This document shows, piece after piece, positions 1 to 10,510 of a stretch of 64,000 nucleotides of DNA. Source of the DNA: Microbacterium sp. (GTDB taxonomy: Bacteria; Actinomycetota; Actinomycetes; Actinomycetales; Microbacteriaceae); the NCBI GenBank assembly GCA_047605925.1, contig JASGEY010000028.1, forward strand, positions 141,156 through 205,155, written 5' to 3'. The notes under the pieces are model-generated. The model did no database searches and was not told the DNA's origin. It worked only from the letters and a program-made list of their open reading frames with translations. Within the stretch, counting starts at the first letter, position 1. Each line of letters starts with the position of its first letter. Both the position numbers and the translations under genes were made by a program.

Positions 1-2
1 CT

Positions 3-905
3 GCACGCCCCCGAAGCGCCGCGGGTTGGTTCTGGTGCGTGGCACTCCTGCTGCTCGGTCCGGTCGGGCTCTATCGCATTGACGCTGTGGTGGTTGCGCT
101 GTCAGTGATTGCGGGTTCGTGGCTTTCGCGGCGCCCTGCTGCCACCGCCGCTGTGCTTGCGATCGGAGCGTGGATCAAGATCTGGCCGGGTGCGGTTCTG
201 CTCGCCGCAGTCGCGGCGGGGCATTCACGACTGCGGATGCTGTCGGCAGCCGCCGCGGTGACGGCTGTCGTTGTGGCCGCGCTCTTCGCGCTCGGGGCGC
301 GCGAAGAGATTTTCGGATTCGTCACAGAGCAGACGGGGCGTGGACTGCAGATCGAGGCGGTGGCGGCCACGCCGTTCCTCTGGCTCGCTGTTATCGGATC
401 CGCACGCATCGAGTACAGCTTCGACATGCTCACGTTCCAGATCGGCGCCAGCGGGGCGGATGCCGTGAGCGCTGCTCTGACGCCAGTGATGATGGTCGTG
501 GTATTCGCGATCATCGCGATCGGGGCCATCAAAGCCGCTCGGGGGGCGAACCCGACGCGGCTGTTGCCTCCGCTCGCCCTCGCTCTCGTCGTCGCGCTGA
601 TCGCGTTCAACAAAGTGGGCTCCCCGCAGTTTCAGACCTGGCTGTTCGCTCCCGTCATCCTGTGGGTCCTCCTCGATCGCACCAGAGCGCAGACGCCTGC
701 GGTTCTCGTTCTCGTGAGTGCCGCGCTGACCTGCGCTGTGTACCCACTGAGCTACGACGCGCTTCTCGGTGCGCAGGCGCTGCCCATTGTGGTGCTCAGT
801 GCGCGCAACATCCTGCTCGTCGTCCTGCTCGCCCTCAGCATCCGCTCTCTCTTACGGGTGCCGCTCCGCTCCAACAGCGGATCGAGCGATAGTCTTAACA
901 GGTGA
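3..905 (+). CDS. GT87/DUF2029-like polytopic membrane glycosyltransferase (5' part lies upstream of the window)
   Basis: Frame is open from base 3; hydrophobic protein with YRID, WIKIWP, GLQIE and NKVGSPQF motifs typical of GT87 mannosyltransferases. Confidence 0.75.
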   Translation, partial: ARPRSAAGWFWCVALLLLGPVGLYRIDAVVVALSVIAGSWLSRRPAATAAVLAIGAWIKIWPGAVLLAAVAAGHSRLRMLSAAAAVTAVVVAALFALGAREEIFGFVTEQTGRGLQIEAVAATPFLWLAVIGSARIEYSFDMLTFQIGASGADAVSAALTPVMMVVVFAIIAIGAIKAARGANPTRLLPPLALALVVALIAFNKVGSPQFQTWLFAPVILWVLLDRTRAQTPAVLVLVSAALTCAVYPLSYDALLGAQALPIVVLSARNILLVVLLALSIRSLLRVPLRSNSGSSDSLNR

Positions 906-2128
906 ATCCCTCTATTACACAGAGGGGTGCGGCGAAGAGGGCGCTCCTCTCCCTCGCCATCGGCAGTTTCGGTATCGGCATGACCGAGTTCGTCGTCATG
1001 GGGCTGCTCCCGGAGATTGCAGCGGATCTTCTGCCCTCCCTCTGGCGATCCAGCCAGGAAGAGGCGCTGAGCCAGGCGGGATGGCTGATTTCGTTGTACG
1101 CCCTCGGTGTCGTGATCGGCGCGCCGACCATCGCCGGTTTCGTCGCCCGATTCCCGCGGCACCGCGTCATGATCGGCCTCGCACTCGCATTGACGCTGTT
1201 CAACGCGCTTGCTGTGGTGCTGCCGACTTTCGAGTTGGTGGGGGCATCGCGCTTTCTCGCAGGGCTCCCGCACGGGGCGTACTTCGGCATCGGAGCGCTC
1301 GTCGCCGCAGACGTGATGGGACCGGGGAACAGAGCGAAGGGGGTCGCGTTCATCCTGATGGGGCTCACGATCGCCAATGTGGTTGGTGTGCCGATCGGAA
1401 CATTCCTCGGGCAGCAATGGGGGTGGCATGTCGCTTTCGGGGTCGTTGCTGGTGTGTTCGCGCTGGCCACCATCTGCATCGCTTTCTTCGTGCCTGAGCA
1501 TCCAGGCGAGCCGGGACGCACGATGCGCGCGGAGCTGCGCGTGTTTCGCATTCCGCAGGTGTGGTTCGCGCTCGGCATCGGTGCGATCGGGTTTGGCGGC
1601 TTCTTCGCGGTGTACAGCTACATCGCTCCAGTGGTCACAGAGGTGGCCGGATCGCCCGAGTGGGTTGTCCCTCTCGTCCTAGTACTGATGGGAGTCGGGA
1701 TGACCGTCGGTAACGTCGTCGGCGGTCACCTTGCCGATATCAGTGTGAAGAGGACTCTGCTGTGCGGGCTCGCCCTGCTCTCCGCCATCCTCGTGCTGCT
1801 CGCCCTCCTTGCGGGGTGGATCGTGACTCTTGCCATCATGGTCTTCGTTGTCGGATTCGTCTCCTCTGCGCTCGGCCCGACGATTCAGACGCGGTTGATG
1901 GATGTCGCCGAAGACAATCAGTCGATTGCCTCAGCGCTGAACCACTCGGCCCTCAACATCGGTAACAGTTTGGGAGCCTTTCTCGGTGGTGCAGTGATTG
2001 CCGCCGGGTGGGGCTTTACCGCGCCGACCTGGACCGGAGCTGCCTTGGCTGCTGGTGGACTTGCCATCGCCATGATCTCGTACCGTGTGGAGTCGGCGCG
2101 GCGTGACCCTTCGGTCGCTGCTGTATGA
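902..2128 (+). CDS. MFS transporter (DHA1/AraJ-like)
   Basis: FGIGMTEFVVMGLLP start, about 12 TM segments, ANVVGVPIGT motif; GTGA overlap with the upstream gene. Confidence 0.9.
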   Translation: MNPSITQRGAAKRALLSLAIGSFGIGMTEFVVMGLLPEIAADLLPSLWRSSQEEALSQAGWLISLYALGVVIGAPTIAGFVARFPRHRVMIGLALALTLFNALAVVLPTFELVGASRFLAGLPHGAYFGIGALVAADVMGPGNRAKGVAFILMGLTIANVVGVPIGTFLGQQWGWHVAFGVVAGVFALATICIAFFVPEHPGEPGRTMRAELRVFRIPQVWFALGIGAIGFGGFFAVYSYIAPVVTEVAGSPEWVVPLVLVLMGVGMTVGNVVGGHLADISVKRTLLCGLALLSAILVLLALLAGWIVTLAIMVFVVGFVSSALGPTIQTRLMDVAEDNQSIASALNHSALNIGNSLGAFLGGAVIAAGWGFTAPTWTGAALAAGGLAIAMISYRVESARRDPSVAAV

Positions 2129-2143
2129 GCGGGTCTTCTGCCG

Positions 2144-3352
2144 CTAACTGTCGAGCAGTCGCCGCAGGTGGCGGCCAACGGCATCCGTCTCGATGAGAAA
2201 GCCGTCGTGCCCGAAGTCGCTGACGAGCACGACAGCCTCTGCGCCGTCAAGCGTATTCGGGATGCTGCGCGCGATGCGGTGCTGCCCGTCGACAGGGAAC
2301 AGCCGATCGCTGTCGATACCGAGAATGAGAGCCTTCGCCGTCACGGTGCCCAATGCCTCCTCGACACCACCCCGGCCGCGCCCAACGTCGTGCGAGTTCA
2401 TCGCCTCGACGAGCGTGATGTAGCTGTTCGCGTCGAAACGGCGGGTGAACTTGTTGCCGTGAAAGTCAAGGTATGACTCCACGGCGAAGCGGCCGCCGTG
2501 ACCCAGAGGCGACACGTCGGACTGCCAGGATCGCTGGAAACGCTGGTTGAGCTCGATCGGGCTGCGGTAGTTCAGCAGCGCCATGCGGCGCGCAAGCGCA
2601 AGCCCCCGGTGGGGGCCGTCGCCGTCTGCAAGGTCGTAGTACTCGCCGCCGAGGAAGCGCGGGTCCATTTTGATCGCTTCGAGCTGTACTGTGTTCAGCG
2701 CGATCTGATCCGCAGTCGTGACCGGCGGAGAGGAGAGCACCGCGAGGCGCGCAACGCGCTCGGGGTAGCCGATCGCCCACTCCAGGGCATGCATGCCTCC
2801 CATTGATCCGCCGATGACCGCAGCCCAGGACTCGATGCCGAAGGTGTCGGCGAGTCGCACCTGGGCTGCGACCTGGTCGCGGATCGTCAGATAGGGAAAC
2901 CGCGATGCCCACTCGTAGCCGTCCGGCGCGATGCTCGCCGGACCCGTCGAGCCCTGGCATCCGCCGAGCATGTTCGGCGCGATCACGAACCACTTGTCGG
3001 TATCCAATGCAGCGCCAGGGCCGACGATGTCATCCCACCAGCCGCCCGTTGGGTGCCCAGATCCTGCATCGCCACGGAGGTGGCTGTCGCCGGTGAGCGC
3101 GTGCAGCACAAGCACCGCATTGTCGCGAGCTGCATTCAGCTCGCCCCAGGTTTCGAAGGCGAGGCGGATCGCGGGCAGCTCTTCTCCGCTCTCTGTGCGG
3201 AATGAACCGGACGAAGCGAACCGGCGCTTGCCCGGTTCGTCTCCGTCGCGCCATGCGCCGGTGACCGGGGGTCTCGCTCGCAGCAACCTGACGTCGGCCT
3301 CGGTTACCGGCGCCGAAGGCACCGTGTCCTCAGAGGTCGTCTGCCAGTCCAT
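2144..3352 (-). CDS. metX: Homoserine O-acetyltransferase
   Basis: HALTGDSH, GGCQGSTGP, GGSMGG nucleophile elbow, RFDANSY, GHDGFL. Confidence 0.95.
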   Translation of the reverse strand: MDWQTTSEDTVPSAPVTEADVRLLRARPPVTGAWRDGDEPGKRRFASSGSFRTESGEELPAIRLAFETWGELNAARDNAVLVLHALTGDSHLRGDAGSGHPTGGWWDDIVGPGAALDTDKWFVIAPNMLGGCQGSTGPASIAPDGYEWASRFPYLTIRDQVAAQVRLADTFGIESWAAVIGGSMGGMHALEWAIGYPERVARLAVLSSPPVTTADQIALNTVQLEAIKMDPRFLGGEYYDLADGDGPHRGLALARRMALLNYRSPIELNQRFQRSWQSDVSPLGHGGRFAVESYLDFHGNKFTRRFDANSYITLVEAMNSHDVGRGRGGVEEALGTVTAKALILGIDSDRLFPVDGQHRIARSIPNTLDGAEAVVLVSDFGHDGFLIETDAVGRHLRRLLDS

Positions 3353-3460
3353 GCCTCCATTCTCGCGTGAGGGTGAGCCAACGCGGCGACTGTTACGCGG
3401 ATCGGCGCTGAGCGTGCCTATGCCGCGTACAGACGAGCGTGCTTATGGCGCGTACGCGCG

Positions 3461-3492
3461 ACTGTGCCCCGGAACGCAGTCCGGGGCACAGT
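3461..3492. terminator. Stem-loop between metY and metX (putative terminator)
   Basis: ACTGTGCCCCGGA-acgcag-TCCGGGGCACAGT perfect 13-bp stem. Confidence 0.65.
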
Positions 3493-3526
3493 TCTTCAGG
3501 GCGAACCCTACGTGGCGTGAGCCGTC

Positions 3527-4849
3527 TCAGGCGCGTGCTGCCTCCGAGACACGGCGAGCCGCAGCGAGAGCCTGGTCGAGGTCTGCCTTGAGGTCGTCGA
3601 TGTTCTCGATACCCACCGACAGGCGCACCAAACCCGGCGTGACACCGGCGGTGAGCTGTTGCTCTGGCGTCAGCTGGGCGTGAGTCGTGGATGCCGGGTG
3701 GATCACGAGCGAGCGCACATCGCCGATGTTGGCCAGGTGGCTGAACAGCGTGAGGTTGTTCACGAACTCGCGTCCAGCCTCGACGCCGCCCTTCAGCTCG
3801 AAGGACAGCACCGCACCGACGCCCTTGGGTGCGTAAGTGTTCGCCGCGGCGTACCACGGCGAGGAGGGCAGGCCCGAGTAGTTGACGTGTGCGACGTCAT
3901 CGCGTCGGTCGAGCCACTCGGCGATCTCCTGGGCGTTCTGGACGTGACGCTCGATGCGCAGGGACAGCGTCTCGACGCCCTGGATGAGGTTCCAGGCGCT
4001 CTGCGGCGAGATCGCCGAGCCCAGGTCACGCAGCAGCTGAACGCGCGCCTTGATGATGTAGGCGAGAGAATCGCCGACAGCCGTGGTGTAGCTGGCGCCG
4101 TGGTAGGAGGGATCCGGCTCGGTGAGGCCGGGGAACTTCTCGACGTTCTTGGACCACTCGAACGTTCCTCCGTCGATCACGACACCGCCGATGGTCGTGC
4201 CGTGGCCGCCCAGGAACTTCGTCACAGAGTGGATCACGACGTCGGCACCGTGCTCGAACGGCCGGATCAGGTACGGGGTGGCGATCGTGTTGTCCACGAT
4301 CAGCGGAACACCGTTCTCGTGTGCGATGTCGGCCACGGTACGGATGTCCAGCACGTTGATCTGCGGGTTGCCGATGGTTTCTGCGAAGAACAGTTTCGTG
4401 TTCGGCCGTACGGCGCGACGCCACTCTTCGGGGTCATCCTGGTTCTCGACGAACGTCACCTCGATGCCGAGCTTCGCAAGCGTGTACTTGAACAGGTTGT
4501 ATGTGCCGCCGTAGATCGAGCTGGAGGCGACGAAGTGGTCGCCCGCCTGGGCGATGTTCACAATCGCGAAGGTCGACGCCGCCTGTCCGCTGGAGAGCAC
4601 CAGAGCGCCGGTGCCGCCTTCGAGCGCGGCAAGGCGCTGTTCGAGCACGTCCTGGGTCGGGTTCTGGATACGCGTGTAAATGTTGCCGAACTCGGCCAGA
4701 GCGAACAGGTTGGCCGCGTGGTCAGCGTTGTCGAACACGTATGAGGTGGTCTGGTAGATCGGCGTGGCACGAGCCTTCGTGACAGGATCGGGAGCAGCGC
4801 CGGAGTGGATCTGCTTGGTCTCGAAACGCCAGGTCTCGGGTGCGGACAT
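3527..4849 (-). CDS. metY: O-acetylhomoserine aminocarboxypropyltransferase (OAH/OAS sulfhydrylase)
   Basis: [33 protein letters not shown] lysine, IHPASTTH; ATG at 4849 preceded by AGGGGG RBS. Confidence 0.95.
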   Translation of the reverse strand: MSAPETWRFETKQIHSGAAPDPVTKARATPIYQTTSYVFDNADHAANLFALAEFGNIYTRIQNPTQDVLEQRLAALEGGTGALVLSSGQAASTFAIVNIAQAGDHFVASSSIYGGTYNLFKYTLAKLGIEVTFVENQDDPEEWRRAVRPNTKLFFAETIGNPQINVLDIRTVADIAHENGVPLIVDNTIATPYLIRPFEHGADVVIHSVTKFLGGHGTTIGGVVIDGGTFEWSKNVEKFPGLTEPDPSYHGASYTTAVGDSLAYIIKARVQLLRDLGSAISPQSAWNLIQGVETLSLRIERHVQNAQEIAEWLDRRDDVAHVNYSGLPSSPWYAAANTYAPKGVGAVLSFELKGGVEAGREFVNNLTLFSHLANIGDVRSLVIHPASTTHAQLTPEQQLTAGVTPGLVRLSVGIENIDDLKADLDQALAAARRVSEAARA

Positions 4850-4997
4850 GTGTTCCCCCTGGAACAGTTGGTCGAAGTCGACGGCGGATGCCGCTGCAGT
4901 GACAGTACGGAACAACCTCTGCTGGCAACAAGGGGTGGGACACGTGACGTAACAGTGTCTGACGTCGCCGGTGCCAGGAGCACCGTATGGTGGAGGC

Positions 4998-5780
4998 ATG
5001 GCAAACAGGCGTGCAGTTGTGACGGGAGCGAGCTCTGGCATCGGCGAGGCGACGGTGCGCGCGCTGCGCGAGCGAGGGTGGGACGTTGTGGGGGTGGCGC
5101 GTCGCGCGGAGCGGTTGGCGGCGCTCGCCGCGCAGACGGGAACCCAGGTGCACGCGTGCGACCTCACGGATGCGGATGCCGTCGCCGCGCTCATTGCCGA
5201 GGTCGATGCCACCGGACCAGTGCATGCACTGGTGCAGGTCGCCGGCGGCGCCCGCGGCGCAGATCGTGTCGAGGACGGTCGCATCGAGGACTGGCAGTGG
5301 ATGTACGAGGCCAATGTGCTCTCGACACAGCGCCTGGTCAGCGGCCTGTTGCCGATGCTGCGGCGCGCAGCATCCGATTCCGGACATGCCGACACCGTGT
5401 TCGTCACATCGACGGCGGCGCAGGCCGCCTACCCCGGCGGTGCCGGGTACAACGCGGCGAAGGCGGCTGAGGCGATGCTCGTGAGCGCCTTACGTCTGGA
5501 GCTGAACGGAGAGCCGATCCGCGTCTCGGAGATCGCCCCCGGTCTGGTGCAGACCGAGGAGTTCGCGCTGAATCGCCTCGGTGGCGACACTGTCGCGGCA
5601 TCCGCCGTGTACTCGGGCGTTGAGGAGCCTCTGCAGGCGAAAGACGTCGCGGACGTGATCGCCTATGCGCTTGATGCTCCGGCGCACGTGAACCTCGACC
5701 TGATCACGATGCGCCCTGTTGCGCAGTCGGCAAACCATCTGCTCGCACGGGGGCCGCTGCGGGTTCGGTCGGAGAGCTGA
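4998..5780 (+). CDS. SDR family NAD(P)-dependent oxidoreductase (YdfG-like)
   Basis: [13 protein letters not shown] catalytic motif; GGAGG RBS before ATG at 4998. Confidence 0.9.
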   Translation: MANRRAVVTGASSGIGEATVRALRERGWDVVGVARRAERLAALAAQTGTQVHACDLTDADAVAALIAEVDATGPVHALVQVAGGARGADRVEDGRIEDWQWMYEANVLSTQRLVSGLLPMLRRAASDSGHADTVFVTSTAAQAAYPGGAGYNAAKAAEAMLVSALRLELNGEPIRVSEIAPGLVQTEEFALNRLGGDTVAASAVYSGVEEPLQAKDVADVIAYALDAPAHVNLDLITMRPVAQSANHLLARGPLRVRSES

Positions 5781-6490
5781 TGCTCGATGGCGCCCTCATC
5801 GAACTCGCGGCCGTCGGGCGTATCGACAAGAGCTGGGCGGAGGCTCTTGCTCCAACGCAGTCGATCATCACCGAGATCGGACATCGGCTGAGTGCAGAGC
5901 AGGCGACAGGTCGGGGATTCCTGCCGACGCAGGAGAACGTACTGCGTGCCTTCCGGCTTCCTCTGGAGGAGGTGAAGGTGCTGATCCTCGGCCAGGATCC
6001 GTATCCGACTCCAGGGCATCCGATCGGGCTCTCCTTCGCGGTCGGCCGTGATGTGCGCCCTGTGCCGAGGAGCCTCGCGAACATCTACACGGAACGCCAT
6101 GACGACCTCGGGCTCGCCCCGGCCGGGCACGGAGACCTCACTGCCTGGAGCGATCAGGGCGTCTTGCTGCTCAACAGGGTGCTCACGGTGCGCCCAGGCG
6201 CGCCGGCATCGCACCGCGGTTGGGGCTGGGAGACGGTTACCGAGCTTGCCATCCGAGCCCTCGTCGCTCGTGGCCGCCCGCTCGTTGCGATTCTGTGGGG
6301 CAAGCAGGCTCAAAGCGTGCGACCCTTGCTCGCGCACACCCCCGTCATCGCCTCCGCGCACCCGTCGCCGCTTTCGGCCGGGCGGGGCTTCTTCGGTTCT
6401 CGCCCGTTCAGCAGGTCCAATGCGCTGCTTCAGCAGCAGGGAGCGGATGCTATCGACTGGCGCGTTGCAGGTGAAGACGCCGTAGGCTGA
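5780..6490 (+). CDS. ung: Uracil-DNA glycosylase (family 1)
   Basis: [20 protein letters not shown] motifs. Confidence 0.95.
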   Translation: MLDGALIELAAVGRIDKSWAEALAPTQSIITEIGHRLSAEQATGRGFLPTQENVLRAFRLPLEEVKVLILGQDPYPTPGHPIGLSFAVGRDVRPVPRSLANIYTERHDDLGLAPAGHGDLTAWSDQGVLLLNRVLTVRPGAPASHRGWGWETVTELAIRALVARGRPLVAILWGKQAQSVRPLLAHTPVIASAHPSPLSAGRGFFGSRPFSRSNALLQQQGADAIDWRVAGEDAVG

Positions 6491-6494
6491 GCGC

Positions 6495-7106
6495 ATGCAG
6501 TTCGAACCGGGAGACCGCCGACGTGTGCTGCCGCGCCATCTGCGCCAGCAGCCGGCTCCCGAGGTGTTCTCGTACATGATCCGCCCCGCCAGGGCGTCCG
6601 ATCTTCCCTACGTGCGAGAGATCTACAATCATTTCGTCAGCAACTCCGTCGTCACGCTCGACGACAACCGCAGCAGCATCCCCTACTGGCGTGACAAGTT
6701 TGCGATGCTCACCAAACTCGACCTGCCGTTCTTGGTTGCTGTCTCGCCGGGTGGTGTCGTTCTCGGATATGCCGTGGCGCAGCCGTGGGCGGGTAAGAAC
6801 GCTTATCGCTACACGGTGGAGGATTCGATCTACCTGGGCCCCGGTGCCGGGGGCAAAGGGCTCGGCGTTGTGCTGCTGCAGGCGTTGATCGATGCCTGTG
6901 AGCAGCGCGGTATCCGCGAGATGGTTGCGGTGATCAGCGACAGCAAAGCCGAGGCGTCGATCAGGTTGCATGCCAAGCTCGGCTTCGTCGAGGCTGGGCG
7001 GATGGGCCGCGTCGGCCACAAGTTCGGGCGTGAACTGGGCACCGTCTACATGAAGAAGGCGCTCAAGCCGATCAGGCGGCGGAGGATGTTCGGCTCAACC
7101 CGCTGA
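6495..7106 (+). CDS. GNAT N-acetyltransferase (phosphinothricin/methionine sulfoximine acetyltransferase-like)
   Basis: IYNHFV, TVEDSIYL, GKGLG, ASIRLHAKLGF motifs. Confidence 0.85.
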   Translation: MQFEPGDRRRVLPRHLRQQPAPEVFSYMIRPARASDLPYVREIYNHFVSNSVVTLDDNRSSIPYWRDKFAMLTKLDLPFLVAVSPGGVVLGYAVAQPWAGKNAYRYTVEDSIYLGPGAGGKGLGVVLLQALIDACEQRGIREMVAVISDSKAEASIRLHAKLGFVEAGRMGRVGHKFGRELGTVYMKKALKPIRRRRMFGSTR

Positions 7107-7889
7107 GTGGGGGATCACTGGGATCGCCGCCAGCAGCGCCTTGGTGTACTCCTCCTGCGGATGCTGCAAGACGGCCTCGGTCGAGCCGCGCTCGACGATG
7201 CGCCCGTCTTTCATCACGACGACCACGTCGCAGAGGTTCCGCACGACCCCGATGTCGTGCGACACCATGACGAGGGTCAGACCCTGAGAGTGCCGCAGGG
7301 TCGACAACAGAGCGAGAACCTGTGCACGAGCGGTCACATCGAGGGCTGACAGCGGCTCGTCCCCGACGAGTATGCGCGGCCCGTGTGCGATGGCGCGGGC
7401 GAGCGCGATCCGCTGCCGCTGGCCGCCGGAGAGCTCATGGGGGTAGCGCCTGGCCATCTCGGGCTCCAGCCCGACCTGCGTGAGCACCTCGCTAACCCTG
7501 GCTTCATGGTCTCCAGGGATGCGCAGCGCCCACAACGGCTCCGCGATGATCTGTGCGCACGTCATCCGCGGATCCAGCGACGAATACGGATCCTGGAAGA
7601 CGATTCCCGTCTGCCGTCGCAGCCAATGCAGAGATCTAGCCGACGCGCCGGCATCCACGCTGCGGCCGTCGATTGAGATCGTGCCGGAGGTGGGCTGATC
7701 AAGCCCGAGGAGCAGTTTGATCAGCGTTGACTTGCCGGATCCGGACTCTCCGATGATGCCGATGGACGACCCCTCTGTGATCTCGAGATCGGTGGGGGAG
7801 AGAGCGGTGCTGGTGCGTGTGCGCTCGAAGGTCCAGCGCTTCGGTACGACAAAGTCGCGGCTTATACCCCGAGCCTCGATCAGGCTCAT
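7095..7889 (-). CDS. Peptide/nickel ABC transporter ATP-binding protein
   Basis: [30 protein letters not shown]. Confidence 0.92.
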   Translation of the reverse strand: MSLIEARGISRDFVVPKRWTFERTRTSTALSPTDLEITEGSSIGIIGESGSGKSTLIKLLLGLDQPTSGTISIDGRSVDAGASARSLHWLRRQTGIVFQDPYSSLDPRMTCAQIIAEPLWALRIPGDHEARVSEVLTQVGLEPEMARRYPHELSGGQRQRIALARAIAHGPRILVGDEPLSALDVTARAQVLALLSTLRHSQGLTLVMVSHDIGVVRNLCDVVVVMKDGRIVERGSTEAVLQHPQEEYTKALLAAIPVIPHSAG

Positions 7890-8677
7890 CGCTGGCCTCC
7901 TTCGGGGCGCCACAGGGTCGCGGTCGCATCGCGAAGCAGGCCCTGCGTGACCGCAGAGGCGGGTGCGGTGAGTAGGGTTTCGACCGGAGCGGTCTCGATG
8001 ACGCGCCCGCGTTCGAGAACAACCCCGGTGGTGGCGACCTGGGCGAGGACGGCGAGATCGTGCGTGATGAACATCAGTGACATGCCCTCGTCGTGCACAA
8101 GGTCGAGCAGCAGCTTCAGGATGCTCGCTTGGATGGTCACGTCGAGAGCGGTCGTCGGCTCGTCAGCGATGAGCAACCGGGGGCGGCAGGCCAGGGCCAT
8201 CGCGATCGCCACCCGTTGCCGCTGCCCACCGGAGAGCTGGTGCGGGTAGCGATCGACGATGAGCTCGGGATCGGGCAGGCGCACGCGTGCGGCCTCGGCG
8301 ATGGCCCGTTCGCGGGCTTCGCGGCGGCTGATTCCTTCATGGATGCGGATTGACTCGGCTATCTGCCTGCCGACGGTGCGGACCGGATTGAGGGCCGTCC
8401 GCGGGTCTTGGAATACGATGCCGATGTCGTCTCCGCGAAGTTCTGCGAGCTCGCGATCGGGTAGGTCGATCAGTTCGGTGTCGCCCCAGCGGATGCTCCC
8501 AGTCGCACGCGCGCCCTCGGGAAGGAGCCCGAGGACAGCGAGAGCGGTAAGGGACTTGCCAGAGCCGGATTCGCCGATCACGCCCACTCTGGCACCAGCA
8601 GCCACCTCGAAGGAGACGCCGTCGACGATGCGGCGGCCGTCGATCTCGATCACGAGGTTCTTGACGTCAAGATTCAT
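7886..8677 (-). CDS. Peptide/nickel ABC transporter ATP-binding protein
   Basis: [26 protein letters not shown]. Confidence 0.92.
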   Translation of the reverse strand: MNLDVKNLVIEIDGRRIVDGVSFEVAAGARVGVIGESGSGKSLTALAVLGLLPEGARATGSIRWGDTELIDLPDRELAELRGDDIGIVFQDPRTALNPVRTVGRQIAESIRIHEGISRREARERAIAEAARVRLPDPELIVDRYPHQLSGGQRQRVAIAMALACRPRLLIADEPTTALDVTIQASILKLLLDLVHDEGMSLMFITHDLAVLAQVATTGVVLERGRVIETAPVETLLTAPASAVTQGLLRDATATLWRPEGGQR

Positions 8678-9543
8678 GACACCACCACCGGGGTGTGTAC
8701 CTCGGCGGCTCGGTGCCGAAGTGTCGGGTCAGTGGCCTCGCGCAGGCCGTCACCGAGGAGATTGAGCGCGAGCACAGTGAGTGTGATGGCGAGTCCCGGC
8801 CAGATGACGGAAAGAGGATGCACACCGATGTAGCGCTGCAGATCGGCCAACAGCAGCCCCCAGCTGGGCTCAACGACAGATGCGCCGAAGCCGAGATAGG
8901 ACAGCCCAGCCTCGGCGAGTACGGCAACAGCCATGGACCACGACAACTGCACGATGAACACCGATGCGACGTTGGGCAGCAGATGCCGTACCAGGCTTTG
9001 ACCTGTCGTGAGCCCTGTGGCGCGGGCGGCGAGCACGAAATCACTCTGCTGGACGCGCCGAAGCTCCGGTCGGGTGACCCGTGCGATGTTCACACCGAAG
9101 CCGATGCCGACGGACCAGATCACGACCCAGAGCGACCCGCCCCACACTGAGGAAATCATCATCGCGATCAACAGCACGGGAAAGGCGATAAGAATGTCGA
9201 TCAGCACGGCCACCGTCTCGCGCACCCACCGGGAGGTGAGTGCGCCGAGCGCTGCCACCGTCAGCCCAACGAAGGTCGCAACGATACCAGCGCCGACACT
9301 GACGAACACGGTAGTGCGCGCGCCAGCCATGATCAGACTGAGGATGTCACGCCCGGTGTCATCGGTGCCCAGCAGGTGCGGCCAGCCGGGCGGCATCCAC
9401 CTCTCCCTGATCTCTGACGCTTGCGGGTCGAAAGGCGTCCACACCAGCGAAACGACAGCGAGAAGCGTGACAAGCGTGATGACGATCAGCGCGAACCGCC
9501 CCGTCGAGAGCTCCCAGAGACGTCGCAACCACACCGGTGTCAT
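8674..9543 (-). CDS. ABC transporter permease (DppC/OppC-like)
   Basis: HLLGTDDTGRD, FVLAARATG (EAA loop), RHLLPN. Confidence 0.92.
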   Translation of the reverse strand: MTPVWLRRLWELSTGRFALIVITLVTLLAVVSLVWTPFDPQASEIRERWMPPGWPHLLGTDDTGRDILSLIMAGARTTVFVSVGAGIVATFVGLTVAALGALTSRWVRETVAVLIDILIAFPVLLIAMMISSVWGGSLWVVIWSVGIGFGVNIARVTRPELRRVQQSDFVLAARATGLTTGQSLVRHLLPNVASVFIVQLSWSMAVAVLAEAGLSYLGFGASVVEPSWGLLLADLQRYIGVHPLSVIWPGLAITLTVLALNLLGDGLREATDPTLRHRAAEVHTPVVVS

Positions 9544-10490
9544 GCGGCCTCCCGCTGTCGGGGGTCGATCGCGCGGTGCAGTAAATCGACGACAAAACCG
9601 ACGATCAGCACGAATCCGGTGAGTACCAGCAGCTCGCTCTGCACCTTGACGAGATCGCGGGTGCCGACGTCGGTCACCAGCATCCGCCCGATGCCCGGCA
9701 GTGTGAACAGTTGCTCGATCACAACGGAGCCGACGATGATGCCGGCGATTTGCAAGCCGAGCACGGTAATGATCGACAGGCCGACCGCAGGCAGTCCGTG
9801 CTGGATCAGGGCGCGGGTGCGGGTGAGGCCTTTGGCTGCCGCGGTACGTACGAAATCCTGTCCTGCGGCCTGCAGCGTGGCGCTGCGAACGAAGCGCATG
9901 AGCATCGCGCCTTCAATGATTCCGATGGTGAGGGCCGGTAGCACCAATGATTCGATCGCCTTGGCTGGGATCGTCCATCCGGTGCGGGGGAAACCTTGCG
10001 GTGGCAGCCAACCCAGCCACACCGAGAACACCACGATGAGCATCATGCCGGCCCACACCACGGGGACGGCGGCGAGGGCTTGCGCTGCGACGCTGAGGGA
10101 AGCGCCGAAGCGGCGCCCACGCTGCACAGCAGATAGGATGCCGAAAGGGACGGCGATGAGCACCGCGATGAGAAGGGACAGCACACCGAGTGGCACAGTG
10201 ACCTGCGCCTTGAGAGCCAGCTCTTCGCCGACCGAGGCGCCAGACAGCAGCGAGGTACCGAGATCGCCGCGCAGGATGCCCCCGATCCACTCGGCGTACT
10301 GGGCCGGGAGCGGGCGGTTCAGTCCCAGCGACTGTCGCAGCGCCTCGACCTCGGTGGGGGAGGCCTGGGTGCCAGCGATGAGCTGTGCGACGTCGCCGGG
10401 AAGCACACGGAGCGTGAGAAAAATGAGCACGCTCGACACGAGGAGCCCCGCGATCAGCAGGGCTCCTCGGACGAGCGTATAGCGGAGCAA
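9540..10490 (-). CDS. ABC transporter permease (DppB/OppB-like)
   Basis: LPGD, GDLGTS, FVRTAAAKGL, IEQLFTLPGIG. Confidence 0.92.
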   Translation of the reverse strand: MLRYTLVRGALLIAGLLVSSVLIFLTLRVLPGDVAQLIAGTQASPTEVEALRQSLGLNRPLPAQYAEWIGGILRGDLGTSLLSGASVGEELALKAQVTVPLGVLSLLIAVLIAVPFGILSAVQRGRRFGASLSVAAQALAAVPVVWAGMMLIVVFSVWLGWLPPQGFPRTGWTIPAKAIESLVLPALTIGIIEGAMLMRFVRSATLQAAGQDFVRTAAAKGLTRTRALIQHGLPAVGLSIITVLGLQIAGIIVGSVVIEQLFTLPGIGRMLVTDVGTRDLVKVQSELLVLTGFVLIVGFVVDLLHRAIDPRQREAA

Positions 10491-10510
10491 CGGGTGAGCT
10501 ACTTCGCGGA

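Noticed and set aside
4850-4997. SAM riboswitch upstream of metY
   Set aside because: I could not identify SAM-I/IV core motifs in this short divergent spacer; an Rfam/Infernal scan would be decisive.
3527-5407. 626-aa ORF suggesting an N-terminally extended MetY
   Set aside because: The extension is the antisense shadow of the SDR gene; the real start with RBS is at 4849.
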